This document shows, one piece after another, positions 13,002-24,454 of a DNA stretch of 64,000 bases. The DNA is taken from NCBI GenBank assembly GCA_030704615.1, contig CM060732.1, positions 13,764,001 through 13,828,000 of the forward strand, read 5' to 3'. The notes under the pieces are model-generated. The model saw only the letters and a list, made by a program, of their open reading frames with translations, was not told the origin of the DNA and made no database searches. The DNA comes from Takakia lepidozioides. Its lineage: Eukaryota > Plantae > Bryophyta. A program made the position numbers and the translations under genes. The stretch's first letter is position 1. The number at the start of each line of letters is the position of its first letter.

Positions 13002-14080
13002 ACTTATTTCTCTCACTGTCATCACAACATCAGGTGCATCCATCCTTTCCACGTTCTGGTCTGAAGTCCAGAGTCTCCATTCCCATTTCAAAAACTTTTT
13101 CTTGTCACATGTCTCCACCTTTTCTCTTCTGCCAAGATGGCAGTCCTAAATCTACCAAAGCAATTTCTAAGTTCACCAAAAAAGGGCCACTGTTCATAGA
13201 CTTATCTGTTTTTATCCACTAGTGAAGCGGCGGGTCTGCCTGTCAAGGTGGCACCTTGCCATCGCCCGTCAGCAGCCACTTCAACCCTTACTCTTTGTCT
13301 TGATTCCAGACCTTATGACGCCATGATGGCTCCCCTTCTTCACTTGACCATCCCGGGGCCTGACAACCAGATTACGCTATGCAATTCTTCCTCACGAATT
13401 GGCCTGGTCCTATAACAAGGAGACACAAAGCAGCTAGAAGCTTGATGACAGAGAACCTGAGATACCATACAGCCAGCACTCCACATGCTTTACCTCCCCC
13501 CCATTGATTGTGCCCAGACTCTCTTCCCTGTGCTTTCAGCAGCTGGCCTTTTCCTTGCTTGCTCATCTGCCCATAACTATCATCTTCAAGGCACTGGCGG
13601 CAGTGGTGGTGCGCCGCTTTCCTTACATGCTTCTATCTCTTGGAATTGATCATCACTACGAGAGAGGCGGCACCGCTTCTTTCTACACAGAATACCAAGC
13701 AGAGGCGTCTTAATGCCACTTCCTAAGCCAAGCAAGATCCCACCGCGCAGGTACAACCTCCTAACACAGGCTGCCCTGCCGACACCACTGCTTGCAACAG
13801 CCGCTACGAGCCATCCGTCATCTTCCTCTTCGTTTTTCTCAACCCGCGATCTTTTAGGTCAAGAACCAGTGATGAAAACGTTCATCGCATGGATGAAAAT
13901 GTGTACCGTCATGACTTAGCCATTTTCTCCTGGCAAAGCATAAGCTCAGTGCGCTCATGAAATTACCTACATGAAGGGATACATCCTTTCTGCAGTTGGG
14001 ATGACGGGCACTCCCGTCATAGTGATGCAGGTCGTAATGGTAAACATATGTAATGTTCACTCCCCTGCATTCACACTACA
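11871..14080 (-). repeat. 3' LTR
   Basis: TG..CA ends with an 11-bp inverted repeat; internal (CT)n; duplicated at 20058-22290. Confidence 0.92.
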
Positions 14081-14091
14081 TATGTAGTGTG

Positions 14092-14102
14092 TCTCCCTTT
14101 TT
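14092..14102 (-). promoter_or_regulatory. Polypurine tract
   Basis: AAAAAGGGAGA on the minus strand, 11 nt before the 3' LTR. Confidence 0.7.
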
Positions 14103-15522
14103 AAGTGTGAGGGTCCTCACTGACCACCTTCACTGGCTGATCACACACTGGTGGTATGAAGGGTTTCAAGTCCCTCCTACTTCTTATCCATTCCTTGTTT
14201 GCCCCATCTCTTAGCCTGCATCTGCGTGCAGCTTCCCCTGTCCTTGTGGTGTTTCCTGCATCTTTGTACCCCAAAAAGTCATAAGGTCCCTCCCATGGAG
14301 ATGTCATGGAAGATCTCTTTCCAGGCCTCAACATCATAACCTTGCTGTTTTCCATCAACTTGCAGTAGGTATGCCCATTTTGATGCCTCCTTTCATAATC
14401 CCTTGCCTGCTGACGCTGCCCTTTCTTCACATTTTTTCGCAGCTTTGCCTTCATCTCTGTGAGAAGCTGGATTTTCTGCTGCATCATAAGTGTGACCTCT
14501 GCTACAGATCCATCAGAATTTACTGGTGTTGTAAGAAAATGCAACCTGTTGTCAATTCCCAGCCTTGGAATTCTACCAGTAAGTACCTGAAAAGGTGAGA
14601 ATCCAGTGGAAGCATGGACACCCATTCTGTAACCAAACAGGGCCTTATAGAGATTCTGATCCCACTCAGTGTCGTTTCCAACTCCTAGGGTGGTGATGCT
14701 CTGTTTGAGAGACTTAATGACCCTTTCCACCATACCGTTACATTGAGGCCAGTAGGGGGCGCTATGCTCCCTCTTTATACCGTATTCGTGGCATGTATCT
14801 TCAAACTCACCTCCCCACTCTGTGCCATTGTCAGTGAGCAACGTATGTGGGCAGCTATACCTGTCAATTACTTCTTTCTCAAGAAAGCGGGCAGCAAGGG
14901 CTGCTATATGATCTGCCACTGGTGCAGCTTCTATCCATTTTGAGAAGTGATCGATTGCCACCAGAAAGTACTGATTGCCCCTGCTGGTTATAGGTAATGG
15001 TCCTGCCGTGTCAATTGCAACTCTGAAAAACAGATCTACTACTGGAATGCTGTGAAGTTTTGAGCTACCTGAGCGCAACACTCCGTTCTGTTTGGCCATC
15101 TGACATTTACCACAGCCCTTGAGTACTTGCCTGATGAGTTTTGTTCTATCATGCCAGAAATAACGTCGGCAGATCTCCTCTTGAGTTCTTCTGACTCCAA
15201 AGTGGCCAGTGGCTTCATGTACTTCAGTGATTATTGCCCCTCTGTCAGTTCTTGGTGGAACTACCCTTCCATCAAAGTAGACCTCACCTTTGAGATAGGA
15301 GTACTGCCTTGCCCGCCTCTTGGCTCTCGTGCTCTCCTCTTTTGTCAGGTAGTCATTGACTTCTCCAAAACATAAGAGGTGCATGACTTCCACATCATCA
15401 AACACATCAGGTTGCCTTTCCTCTTTAACAGCTGCTGTATGATGGTCAGAGCTGATGAGAGAGCTTTTCCCCCATCTTTCCATCACTGTCTGAAGAACAA
15501 AACGTCTTGGTGGAACACTCAC
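14101..15522 (-). CDS. Gypsy integrase portion of pol
   Basis: HHCC (HEATGH..CGKC), DDE (IDT, TDNG, VER), GPY/F motif WEGPY. Confidence 0.92.
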   Translation of the reverse strand: MSVPPRRFVLQTVMERWGKSSLISSDHHTAAVKEERQPDVFDDVEVMHLLCFGEVNDYLTKEESTRAKRRARQYSYLKGEVYFDGRVVPPRTDRGAIITEVHEATGHFGVRRTQEEICRRYFWHDRTKLIRQVLKGCGKCQMAKQNGVLRSGSSKLHSIPVVDLFFRVAIDTAGPLPITSRGNQYFLVAIDHFSKWIEAAPVADHIAALAARFLEKEVIDRYSCPHTLLTDNGTEWGGEFEDTCHEYGIKREHSAPYWPQCNGMVERVIKSLKQSITTLGVGNDTEWDQNLYKALFGYRMGVHASTGFSPFQVLTGRIPRLGIDNRLHFLTTPVNSDGSVAEVTLMMQQKIQLLTEMKAKLRKNVKKGQRQQARDYERRHQNGHTYCKLMENSKVMMLRPGKRSSMTSPWEGPYDFLGYKDAGNTTRTGEAARRCRLRDGANKEWIRSRRDLKPFIPPVCDQPVKVVSEDPHT

Positions 15523-16002
15523 CCCCCATGTTTTCCTTGGCTGGGCATTCTGATGAGGAAGTCACCCGCGTTCTTCTTGTTGTTGGAGTGCTTGTCAAGT
15601 GTTGAAGGAATGGTGTCTCTTGCAAGCTTCCCTTTTCATTGTTCGACCTCTCTTCCACAAGTTCACAGGCTGGATGTACCTCGCTTAGCTCCTTATCACG
15701 AGCACGAGATCCTCGGGTAATCACATGGATGGTGGGACAAGAGGGCATCAGATGCTCCCTTTCCTTGTTGCTGATTGCAGTAGCCTCTATCCCTCCTGCA
15801 CCCTTATCCTTCCAAAACCCTCCCTTACCAGATTGACAGAGCTTGATTGATCAATACCCTTTCCTTGTTTTTTTGTAGCAAAAGTCTGTGCAGCAAAAGT
15901 CACCCTCTTTCCTTCTCCATCTGGCATTATGCCTGGTTTCAGTTCTCCCTTTAATATGCCATGATCCTTGGTCAACATTCTACCTGTGGAAGATCTTACC
16001 AT

Positions 16003-16311
16003 GCCCGGAACGAACTCAAATGAAAAGTCACCAAGTAAGTCTATGCCTATGTGGTGCTCTGAGTACAGCCACCAATATGGATCTAGATCTGTTTCCAAAG
16101 AAAAATGACTTCCCAACAGTATTTTCTTGTAGTGCCAAAGGCCCCATACACATGCATAGTACTCTTCTCTTTTGCAAATCATCTCCCCTTTTTCACTGCT
16201 ATACCCTACTTGCCTATGAGCTTCTTCTCTCAACTCCTCCTTACCCTCCTTAAATTGAAATAACGAAGCATTGATGGCACCCCTATCCCAAGCTAGCTTA
16301 AGAAGATAGGC
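16003..16311 (-). other. Second, degenerate RNase H-like domain in pol
   Basis: YLLKLAW..REEYYACVWGLWHYKKILLGSHFSLETDLDPYWWL..LLGDFSFE aligns with the upstream RNase H FVLDVDW..EGECYALVWGVLHFRQYLYGTPFVIRTDHKPLEWL..MLQDFEFK. Confidence 0.7.
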
Positions 16312-16418
16312 TCCATCCCTCTTTCTCCCTTCTCTTTTCTGACTGTACAGAGAAGTAGAGTATACCTCGATTTCCTCGGTTTCCTCTGTTGGTCCCACTG
16401 GATACCTGCTTAGTGCAT

Positions 16419-17747
16419 CTACGTTAGCATGCCTAGCACCTGCTCTGTTTTAAACTCAAAATCTTGTAACATCATGATCCATCTACCCCTGCGTCCATAT
16501 GCGTCACTTACCGTTGCCAACCACTCCAGTGGTTTGTGATCAGTCCTGATTACAAAAGGGGTTCCATACAGGTACTGCCGAAAGTGTAATACTCCCCATA
16601 CCAGGGCATAGCATTCACCTTCCATAGGGTGATATTTGCGCTGAGCATCAGTTAGTACCTTACTGGCGTATGCAATGACCCTCTCCTTTTTATACTCCTT
16701 TTGTGACAAGACTGCCCCTACTCCTTTGATGGACCAATCAACATCCAAGACGAACGGTCTTGAGAAATCTGGTCTTGCCAGGATGGGAGCAGTTACCAAC
16801 TTCACCTGTAAGGCAGAAAAGGCGTTTTGTGCCTCTGCACTCCAGATAAACTTCACATCCTTCTTGGTTAGAGTGAACAACGGTACTGCCACTCCAGCAT
16901 ATCCTTTGACATAGGGCCTATAGTACCCTGTCATGCCTAAGTAGCTTTTGAGAGCAGTGTGGTTTTTTGGCAAGGGAAACCTTTCAATAGCAGCTATCTT
17001 ATCTGGATCAGGCCACGTTCCCTCTTCAGAGATCACATGCCCAAGGAATACCAACTGTAAGTTGGCAAAGTAACACTTGTCCGGATTGAGCCTAAGATTG
17101 GCCTTTCTAACCTTGCTCAATACTCTCTTTATATGTCCCACGTGATCTCCCCAGTCCTTGCTATGGATATTGACGTCATCTACAAAAACTTTAGCGCAAT
17201 CTTTGATTTCTTCCTTGAGCACCCTATTCATCGTTCTCTGAAAGGTAGCAGTGGCATTTTTTAGCCCGAATGGCATGACTAGCCATTCATACAATCCCTT
17301 CTTTGTGATCACTGCTGTTTTGCCTATGTCTCGGTCGTCCATTTTGATCTGCCAAAAACCAGATTGTAAATCCAGCGCAGAAACACTTGGCTTTCCCCAA
17401 CTGGTTTAAAACATCCTGAATTAATGGCATAGGGTAAGAGTCCCTTCTGGTTAAACGGTTTACTGGCCTAAAATCACCACAAAACCGCTTGGATCCATCC
17501 TTTTTTGGTGGAAGGGTAACTGGACACGACCATTCTGAACTACTCTCTCTCATCTTGCCTTGTGAGATCAAAGTCTCAATTTGTCCTTGGACCTCGTCTT
17601 CCTCCCATTCTGATAGGCGGCTGGGACGACTTCTGCAAGGGGGAAAACCTTGTGTGTCAATTGTGTGTTCCACCTCTCTGCAGTATCCCAAGTCAACCTT
17701 GCTAAGAGCAAAGCATTCCTGGTTTGCTTTCAGCTCTTGCTCCAGCT
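16419..17747 (-). pseudogene. Reverse transcriptase and RNase H (frameshifted)
   Basis: KKDGSKRFCGDFRPVN, MPFGLKNA, FVDD, LDVDWS, TDHKPL. Confidence 0.92.
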
Positions 17748-19830
17748 CTATCCTATGTTTGGGGCCAGTTCTGGGTTGATGTGCAGTCTGGATTTCAGAC
17801 TTCTCCAACGACTCTCCATTTCTTCCTCTTGACTGGGTTCCCAATTCATTCCCTCCACCTGGCTTACAAAGTTAGCCATTCTCTGTCCTTCCTCTTGTGT
17901 GACAACCTGATTCCAATCATGGAAGTCATCCTCTATTTCTAGGTTGTTGTTCCCTAGTTCACCATTCCAAGCTTTCTGGTAAGCTTCTTGTATTATGGCA
18001 GCAGCCATGCTCTTATGGGTCTCTTCCTGGAGGAGTTCAGACATCCCTTGGTCCTCGAACAAGTCCTCCCCTAGGTTGACATCGTCTATTATTTCCTCAA
18101 CATCCCTCAGTGCTGTTTCTACCTCCTTACTCTCCTCAGAGCCTCCCATCTCCTCATCTTTATCAGATTTAGAGGTGTCAGAACCTGAGGATGCTTCCTC
18201 CGTGTCCTCATATTCTTCCTCAGGTTTTCTTTTCTTCTCCCACAAGCCTAGGTACTGTTCATCTGACGTCAGGGTTAAGACATTACCTGCTGACGTACTG
18301 CTTGCATATCTCATTCTACTCTCGACCCCTCTATGGTAGGCTGTTTTGGTAACTGCAGGCTCATTATAATTGATGGTGTGCAAAGGGAAGTGAGCAAAAT
18401 CCTTTCCTGGCCCATAGCGTACGCAAATTGTTTCAGCTTCGGTGTCCACTACAGCGCCAAACTTTTTGAGAAAGTCTAATCCCAGCAGCATGTGATATGT
18501 ATCCGTGTTCACCACCATAAAGGACAAACGATTGGTCAGTTCTCCTACTTTGACCTTGATGTCCTCAAGTCTGCCCATTGCAGTCTCAAGAGCACCTGAG
18601 GCTACTCTGTAATTCACATCCTTACTAGTAATGACAGATCCCATCAAACCAAGATCCCTGACTGTACTAGCTGATATTACAGAAAGCATGGCACCAGTGT
18701 TAATCTGGCCTAATACTTGGTAATCTCCCATTGTAATCATTACATGAAGCGCTTTTACCTTACCAGTATAAGCATACGAGATCGTGGGCTCAGCGTGTGC
18801 TGAGTACAAAGGCCTTGGTACATCCTTCACAACTTCTACACTGTGAGTTGTCTCCCTTTGTTGGACCATTGCTCTTTCCACCACTTTGACCAGCCCTTTC
18901 AATTTGTCTAGCTCTCCGGGCACAGTCATGATCAGGTCCATGGGCGACAACGATATTCTCCCTTTGTAGAAGTGGTTCAAGATTCTGGATTTCGTACCTC
19001 CTTCTATAGCATTCTTGAAATTGTTCTTTGGGTAGATTTCACTCTTTGTCTTGCTTGGCTGTTCACTGCTCTCACTATTCCTTTCTGGTGACCCTGTAGG
19101 TTCAACAATCGGACTCTGGATAGGTATGCGTGTCCTTGGAAGTCTGACTTCATTGATACTATTTTGTGACATCAGATCTGTCATCTCTGCGAGTACATCA
19201 TCCTCATCATCATAGAACACATCTACAAAGTTAGTTCCCGGAGTTCCCATCATAGTTTGGTCAAGATTTCTACTGCACTCACTCTTCGTATGCCCGAGTA
19301 GCTTGCAAAAGTTGCATCTTACACCACACATTTCTGTGGAATGCCCGAACCGGTGACATTTGTCACACTTAGCTGGGGTTCTTCCTTCAGGACAATATGC
19401 AGCTATGTGACCTTCTTTGTGACAAACATTACAAAGGCGAACACGAGGTGGTGTTCTAGATCCCGAGCTTTCTCCTATGACTGGTCCCCTATCAAAGTAC
19501 TTCTGTAGGGTAGTGTTCAGCTGATCAAGTCTTCTGTCCAGAGGGTTAACAAACACAACTGACTCATCTGTATCATCTCCTTCCAATGGCTCTAGAGGTA
19601 TTTCCCCTAACTTTCCCAGGCCCCTTTCAATCTCAATGGCTGTGTCAAGTGCTTCCTCTACATCAAGGAAGCGCCTGTCCAGCATTACTCTTGCTATTTC
19701 TGGTCTCAAACCTGCTGCAAATCTACGCCTCTGTTCCAAATCAGACGCCCCACTTCTTATAAATAACCGGTTCAACCTATCGAAGTATGTTTGAACCCTT
19801 TGTCTACTCTCCTGTTTAATGGTGTCCATT
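17748..19830 (-). pseudogene. Gag (three CCHC knuckles) and aspartic protease; N-terminus lost
   Basis: CNVCHKEGHIAAYC, CDKCHRFGHSTEMC, CNFCKLLGHTKSEC; protease INTGA (catalytic D->N) and LLGLDFL. Confidence 0.85.
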
Positions 19831-19836
19831 GGTAAC

Positions 19837-20057
19837 GTACGTGGCCATAGCTGATCCCGCCCTTGGTGCCGACTTTCTGGTGGAGGTGGGGAAGCACTAC
19901 TCTCGCGCCCTGAAGCCCACGATGACATTGGAGAAGCTCCATCGTCTAGCCACATCCTGTGTGGATGCAACAGAAAAGGTGATACATTCTTAACCAAATT
20001 GTGGTGGCAACAACTCCTTTTTGTGGTGTTTGGCGCTTACGAATATGCTGGGTGGTG
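19837..20057. repeat. Copy of flank 11649-11870 inside the retroelement, replacing the PBS and gag start
   Basis: Near-identical to 11649-11870; junction microhomology TGGTAA(A/C)GTAC. Confidence 0.9.
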
Positions 20058-21139
20058 TGTAGTGTGAAAAGAAGGGGCGTGAATCCCCTTCTGTATAATT
20101 CTAATTGTGCTCCCCTCCATTCTAAGCGGAGCAAAAGGAAAGAAACGTTCTTCTAATCTGTCCAACTGTCGTCACTTGGCTGTGGGTTTCCCTCAGCTCC
20201 TTCGTGATCAGAGTTCAAGCAATCCTCATCCACGCCGCAGCGGAAGAGAAGACATGGATGGGGAGTCAATTTGTTGTTCACTCTTGGTTCTTCCTTTTAC
20301 ACAACATCCCCTACCTGCAGGTACAGCACCAGCTATGCTGGTGCTATGTGTTCAGTGATGCAAATCAGCCCAATGGCAGCGGTAAACACGATCCTTTATG
20401 TGAAGCCCACTTGAGCAGTGACAGGTCGGAAATCCCCTTTTTGTAGTGGTGACACAGATTTAGGAGGAGGCAGCTCAGATCTTCATGGTCTGCAGGGGCA
20501 CTGGTTTCCTTCAGGTTTCAGGTTTTCTTCATCTCATCTCCCCAAATTGGCCAACCCCCCACAGCCCTTTTGAATTGCAGCTCTCTCCTTACCCAAATCC
20601 CATTTTTCACTCTCTCTCTTTCTTTTCCCCTTTTGTCTGTTTCTCTATCTCTGTCTATGTCCCCAGGTTCCCCACTATTTCACAGCAGCAGATCTGTCAT
20701 GTAATGTAAATGCACACTCTGCTAGGCATCCAGTGCAGCCAGCCTTGAAGTCATCCTTGGTCTCTCGAGACACAACCATCCCATCCATCAGTCTCTCTCT
20801 CTTTCTCTCTCTCTTGTCCCCTTTTCCAATGACCCATCGCTCAAACAGCTCTCATCTCTTTTGTCAGACTTCAACTCAAATACCCCAACATCCCTCTTTT
20901 CCCTTCAACTGTGGAACGCAGTTGTTCAGATCCTGATCCCATACTGAAATCACCTTATCCTTTCCATGTTTTTTGCAGCTCCGGCTAACCATCATTGATC
21001 TCTCCAAACAAACAAGCCAGATCTACATTGGTTCCAGGTTATCACTACACACGGCAGCATGGTGTCCAGGTTTATGACACTGAATCAGAATGCAAGAATG
21101 AAGACAATAGTGACCATTCTGAATTCAGTGACGAACATG

Positions 21140-21215
<76 letters not shown>

Positions 21216-22290
21216 TATTCTCTCACTGTCATCACAACATCAGGTGCATCCATCCTTTCCACGTTCTGGTCTGAAGTCCAGAGTCTCCATTCCCATTTCA
21301 AAAACTTTTTCTTGTCACATGTCTCCACCTTTTCTCTTCTGCCAAGATGGCAGTCCTAAATCTACCAAAGCAATTTCTAAGTTCACCAAAAAGGGCCACT
21401 GTTCATAGACTTATCTGTTTTTATCCACTAGTGAAGCGGCGGGTCTGCCTGTCAAGGTGGCACCTTGCCATCGCCCGTCAGCAGCCACTTCAACCCTTAC
21501 TCTTTGTCTTGATTCCAGACCTTATGACGCCATGATGGCTCCCCTTCTTCACTTGGACCATCCCGGGGCCTGACAACCAGATTACGCTATGCAATTCTTC
21601 CTCACGAATTGGCCTGGTCCTATAACAAGGAGACACAAAGCAGCTAGAAGCTTGATGACAAAGAACCTGAGATACCATACAGCCAGCACTCCACATGCTT
21701 TACCTCCCCCCCATTGATTGTGCCCAGACTCTCTTCCCTGTGCTTTCAGCAGCTGGCCTTTTCCTTGCTTGCTCATCTGCCCATAACTATCATCTTCAAG
21801 GCACTGGCGGCAGTGGTGGTGCGCCGCTTTCCTTACATGCTTCTATCTCTTGGAATTGATCATCACTACGAGAGAGGCGGCACCGCTTCTTTCTACACAG
21901 AATACCAAGCAGAGGCGTCTTAATGCCACTTCCTAAGCCAAGCAAGATCCCACCGCGCAGGTACAACCTCCTAACACAGGCTGCCCTGCCGACACCACTG
22001 CTTGCAACAGCCGCTACGAGCCATCCGTCATCTTCCTCTTCGTTTTTCTCAACCCGCGATCTTTTAGGTCAAGAACCAGTGATGAAAACGTTCATCGCAT
22101 GGATGAAAATGTGTACCGTCATGACTTAGCCATTTTCTCCTGGCAAAGCATAAGCTCAGTGCGCTCATGAAATTACCTACATGAAGGGATACATCCTTTC
22201 TGCAGTTGGGATGACGGGCACTCCCGTCATAGTGATGCAGGTCGTAATGGTAAACATATGTAATGTTCACTCCCCTGCATTCACACTACA
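20058..22290 (-). repeat. 5' LTR
   Basis: Near-identical to 11871-14080 with a longer (CT)n. Confidence 0.92.
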
Positions 22291-22802
22291 GTTGGACAGA
22301 CCCGGTGACTCCAAATCTGGAATGGTTCCCAAAGTACCAGGGACATGTGGAGCTTCCCCAAACCGGACAAACTCTCTGACCCCACATTCAACATGTGGAT
22401 GAACCGCATGACATGGTGGTTTCAGGTACTTCCCCACGCTTCGTTTGGGGCTTCTACTCTAGTAGGGGGTGGATTCATTGTATTTTTTCAGGAAAGCGAT
22501 CTGATGGAGAATCTCCACAGGTGACGACGAATGCGCAAGAGCAGTTGGACACACAAGCACATCAGTTCAAGATGGAGATATCTTTTGCAGCAGAGAGCCT
22601 ACGCGATTATGTGACGAGGTACTTTCTGCTCTACAAAACCAACCTATTCTTTCGGGAGATAGCAGATGCTCGCCGGAGCCACGAGTTCACCGACCAGCCG
22701 AACGCGGACAAAGCAGCAATGCGCCTTCTGTACAGGTACATACGCGCTGCCTTTATTTCAAGTCCTTGCATTTCAGGATGTTAGAGGCCTCATGTGGTGT
22801 TA

Positions 22803-23570
22803 GGGAAAAGGCGCCGAATTTCCAGTCAGGGCTCCGAAAATGGCTAAGTCCCTAGACTGGCTGGCCCTGAACTGGAAATTCGGCGCCATTTTCCAGTTCT
22901 AGGCCCTATTGCCGTTCAGGGACTTGGCCATTTTCGGGCTAAGTCCCTAGACTGGCTGGCCCGGAACTGGAAATTCGGCGCCATTTTCCAGTTCTAGGCC
23001 CTATTGCCGTTTAGGGACTTAGCCATTTTCGGGCTAAGTCCCTAGACTGGCTGGCCCTGAACTGGAAATTCGGCGCCATTTTCCAGTTCCGGGCCCTATT
23101 GCCGTTCAGGGACTTAGCCATTTTCAGGCTAAGTCCCTAGGGTGGCTGGCCCTGAAGTGGAAATTCGGCGCCATTTTCCAGTTCTAGGCCCTATTGCCGT
23201 TCAGGGACGTAGCCATTTTCGGGCTAAGTCCCTAGGGTGGCTGGCCCTGAACTGGAAATTCTTCGCCATTTTTCCAGTTCTAGGCCCTATTGCCGTTCAA
23301 AGACTTAGCCATTTTCGGGCTAAGTCCCTAGGGTGGCTGGCCCTGAACTGGAAATTCGGCGCCATTTTTCCAGTTCTAGGCCCTATTGCGGTTCTGGGAC
23401 TTAGCCATCTTCGGGCCAAACCGGGAAAAATGGCGCCGAATTTCCAGTTCAGGGCTCCCAAGATGGCTAAGTCCCTAGGTGGCAGTCACCGAAAACCGAA
23501 ATTCGGTGCCATTTTTCCATTTCTAGGCCCACTCACATCCGCCCCAACCTGGGAAAATGGTGCCGAATAT
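22803..23570. repeat. Intronic tandem array (~93-bp unit, ~6 copies) in intron 6 of the ParB-MTase gene
   Basis: Unit contains AACTGGAAATTCGGCGCCATTTTCCAGTT and the hairpin GGGACTTAGCC-ATTTTCG-GGCTAAGTCCC. Confidence 0.95.
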
Positions 23571-24454
23571 GCATTTCAGGGACCTCATTGTGTTTTTCAT
23601 GAATGCAGGTACTGCAAGTTCTCCCTTTTGGAGAAAGGTCATCTGTCTTTCGAGCCACCATTCTTCCTGGCATGGAGGAACCCTGGGGCTGACTCCATGT
23701 ACACTGACGATATTGTGAAGGAGTCGCATCTGGAACATTTGCGTGATTGCCCTTGGTATGTGGACCTTCCGTCCGGCTCGCTCGACCCATCCGAGTTTCA
23801 ATTGAAGCTGGATGCTGAATTCCGACGAAACCGGGCTCCGTTGCCTCCGTTGGGTGCAAAAGAGGCAAAAGCGCTTGCGAACTCCAGGAAAGCGGCAGAG
23901 CTTGCTCAGGCAGGAATTCATGAGAAATTGCATGAGAAGAGTAAAGGCCAAAGGAAAAGGACAAGGAAACAGGTGAGTGCAGTAACACCCAAAAAGAAGA
24001 AAACCATCGGGGCATCGGAGGAGGCGCAGGAGGGGACCCAAGAGAGTGACTCGGACGACGACTTTGTTCAAGGTCATGCGACTGCTGTTGCTCCTACCCA
24101 GTCACCGGTCGTCCGGGTTCCCAAGTCAGTTCGGAGTGGGACTGGCTCTGCCAAGAAGTTGGCATTTGAGGGTGAGCCTACACGACGGTATTCGGCGGTG
24201 ACGTTTACGCACAGGCCAAAGCTAGAACCTCCAACCATCATCCAATGCGTCAATGAGAGCTTCCTTGACGCTCTCGCTGCCAGGGCAAAGAAGGTGGCAC
24301 ACAGCAAGTCTCTGGCGGAGCAGAAGGGGAAAGCCAAGAAGAGGGCTGGCGGTACAGAGCCTAAAGACACCCCTGGTTTTGAAGCCATGATGGAACTCTT
24401 CACGGCTGTGAGCACGGATTGCAAGAGCACTCGGGGGGGGGTTGAGGTGGAGAG

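Larger units (their letters stand above)
11871..22290 (-). mobile_element. Ty3/gypsy non-chromovirus LTR retrotransposon (Phygy-like), inserted in intron 4 of the ParB-MTase gene
   Basis: Two ~2.2-kb near-identical LTRs TGTAGTGTGAA...TTCACACTACA; 4-bp TSD GTTG (11867-11870 / 22291-22294); gag-PR-RT-RH-INT order on the minus strand; no chromodomain. Confidence 0.9.

Noticed and set aside
11871-14080. 2.2-kb repeat as a TIR DNA transposon or CACTA
   Set aside because: The TSD flanks the outer ends of the pair and gag-pol plus PPT lie between, so these are LTRs
19830-19997. N-terminus of the 749-aa gag ORF as a genuine novel domain
   Set aside because: It is the antisense translation of the duplicated flank
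23142-23608. N-terminal 155 aa of the 546-aa ORF
   Set aside because: Read-through of the intronic tandem array; the real exon starts at 23609
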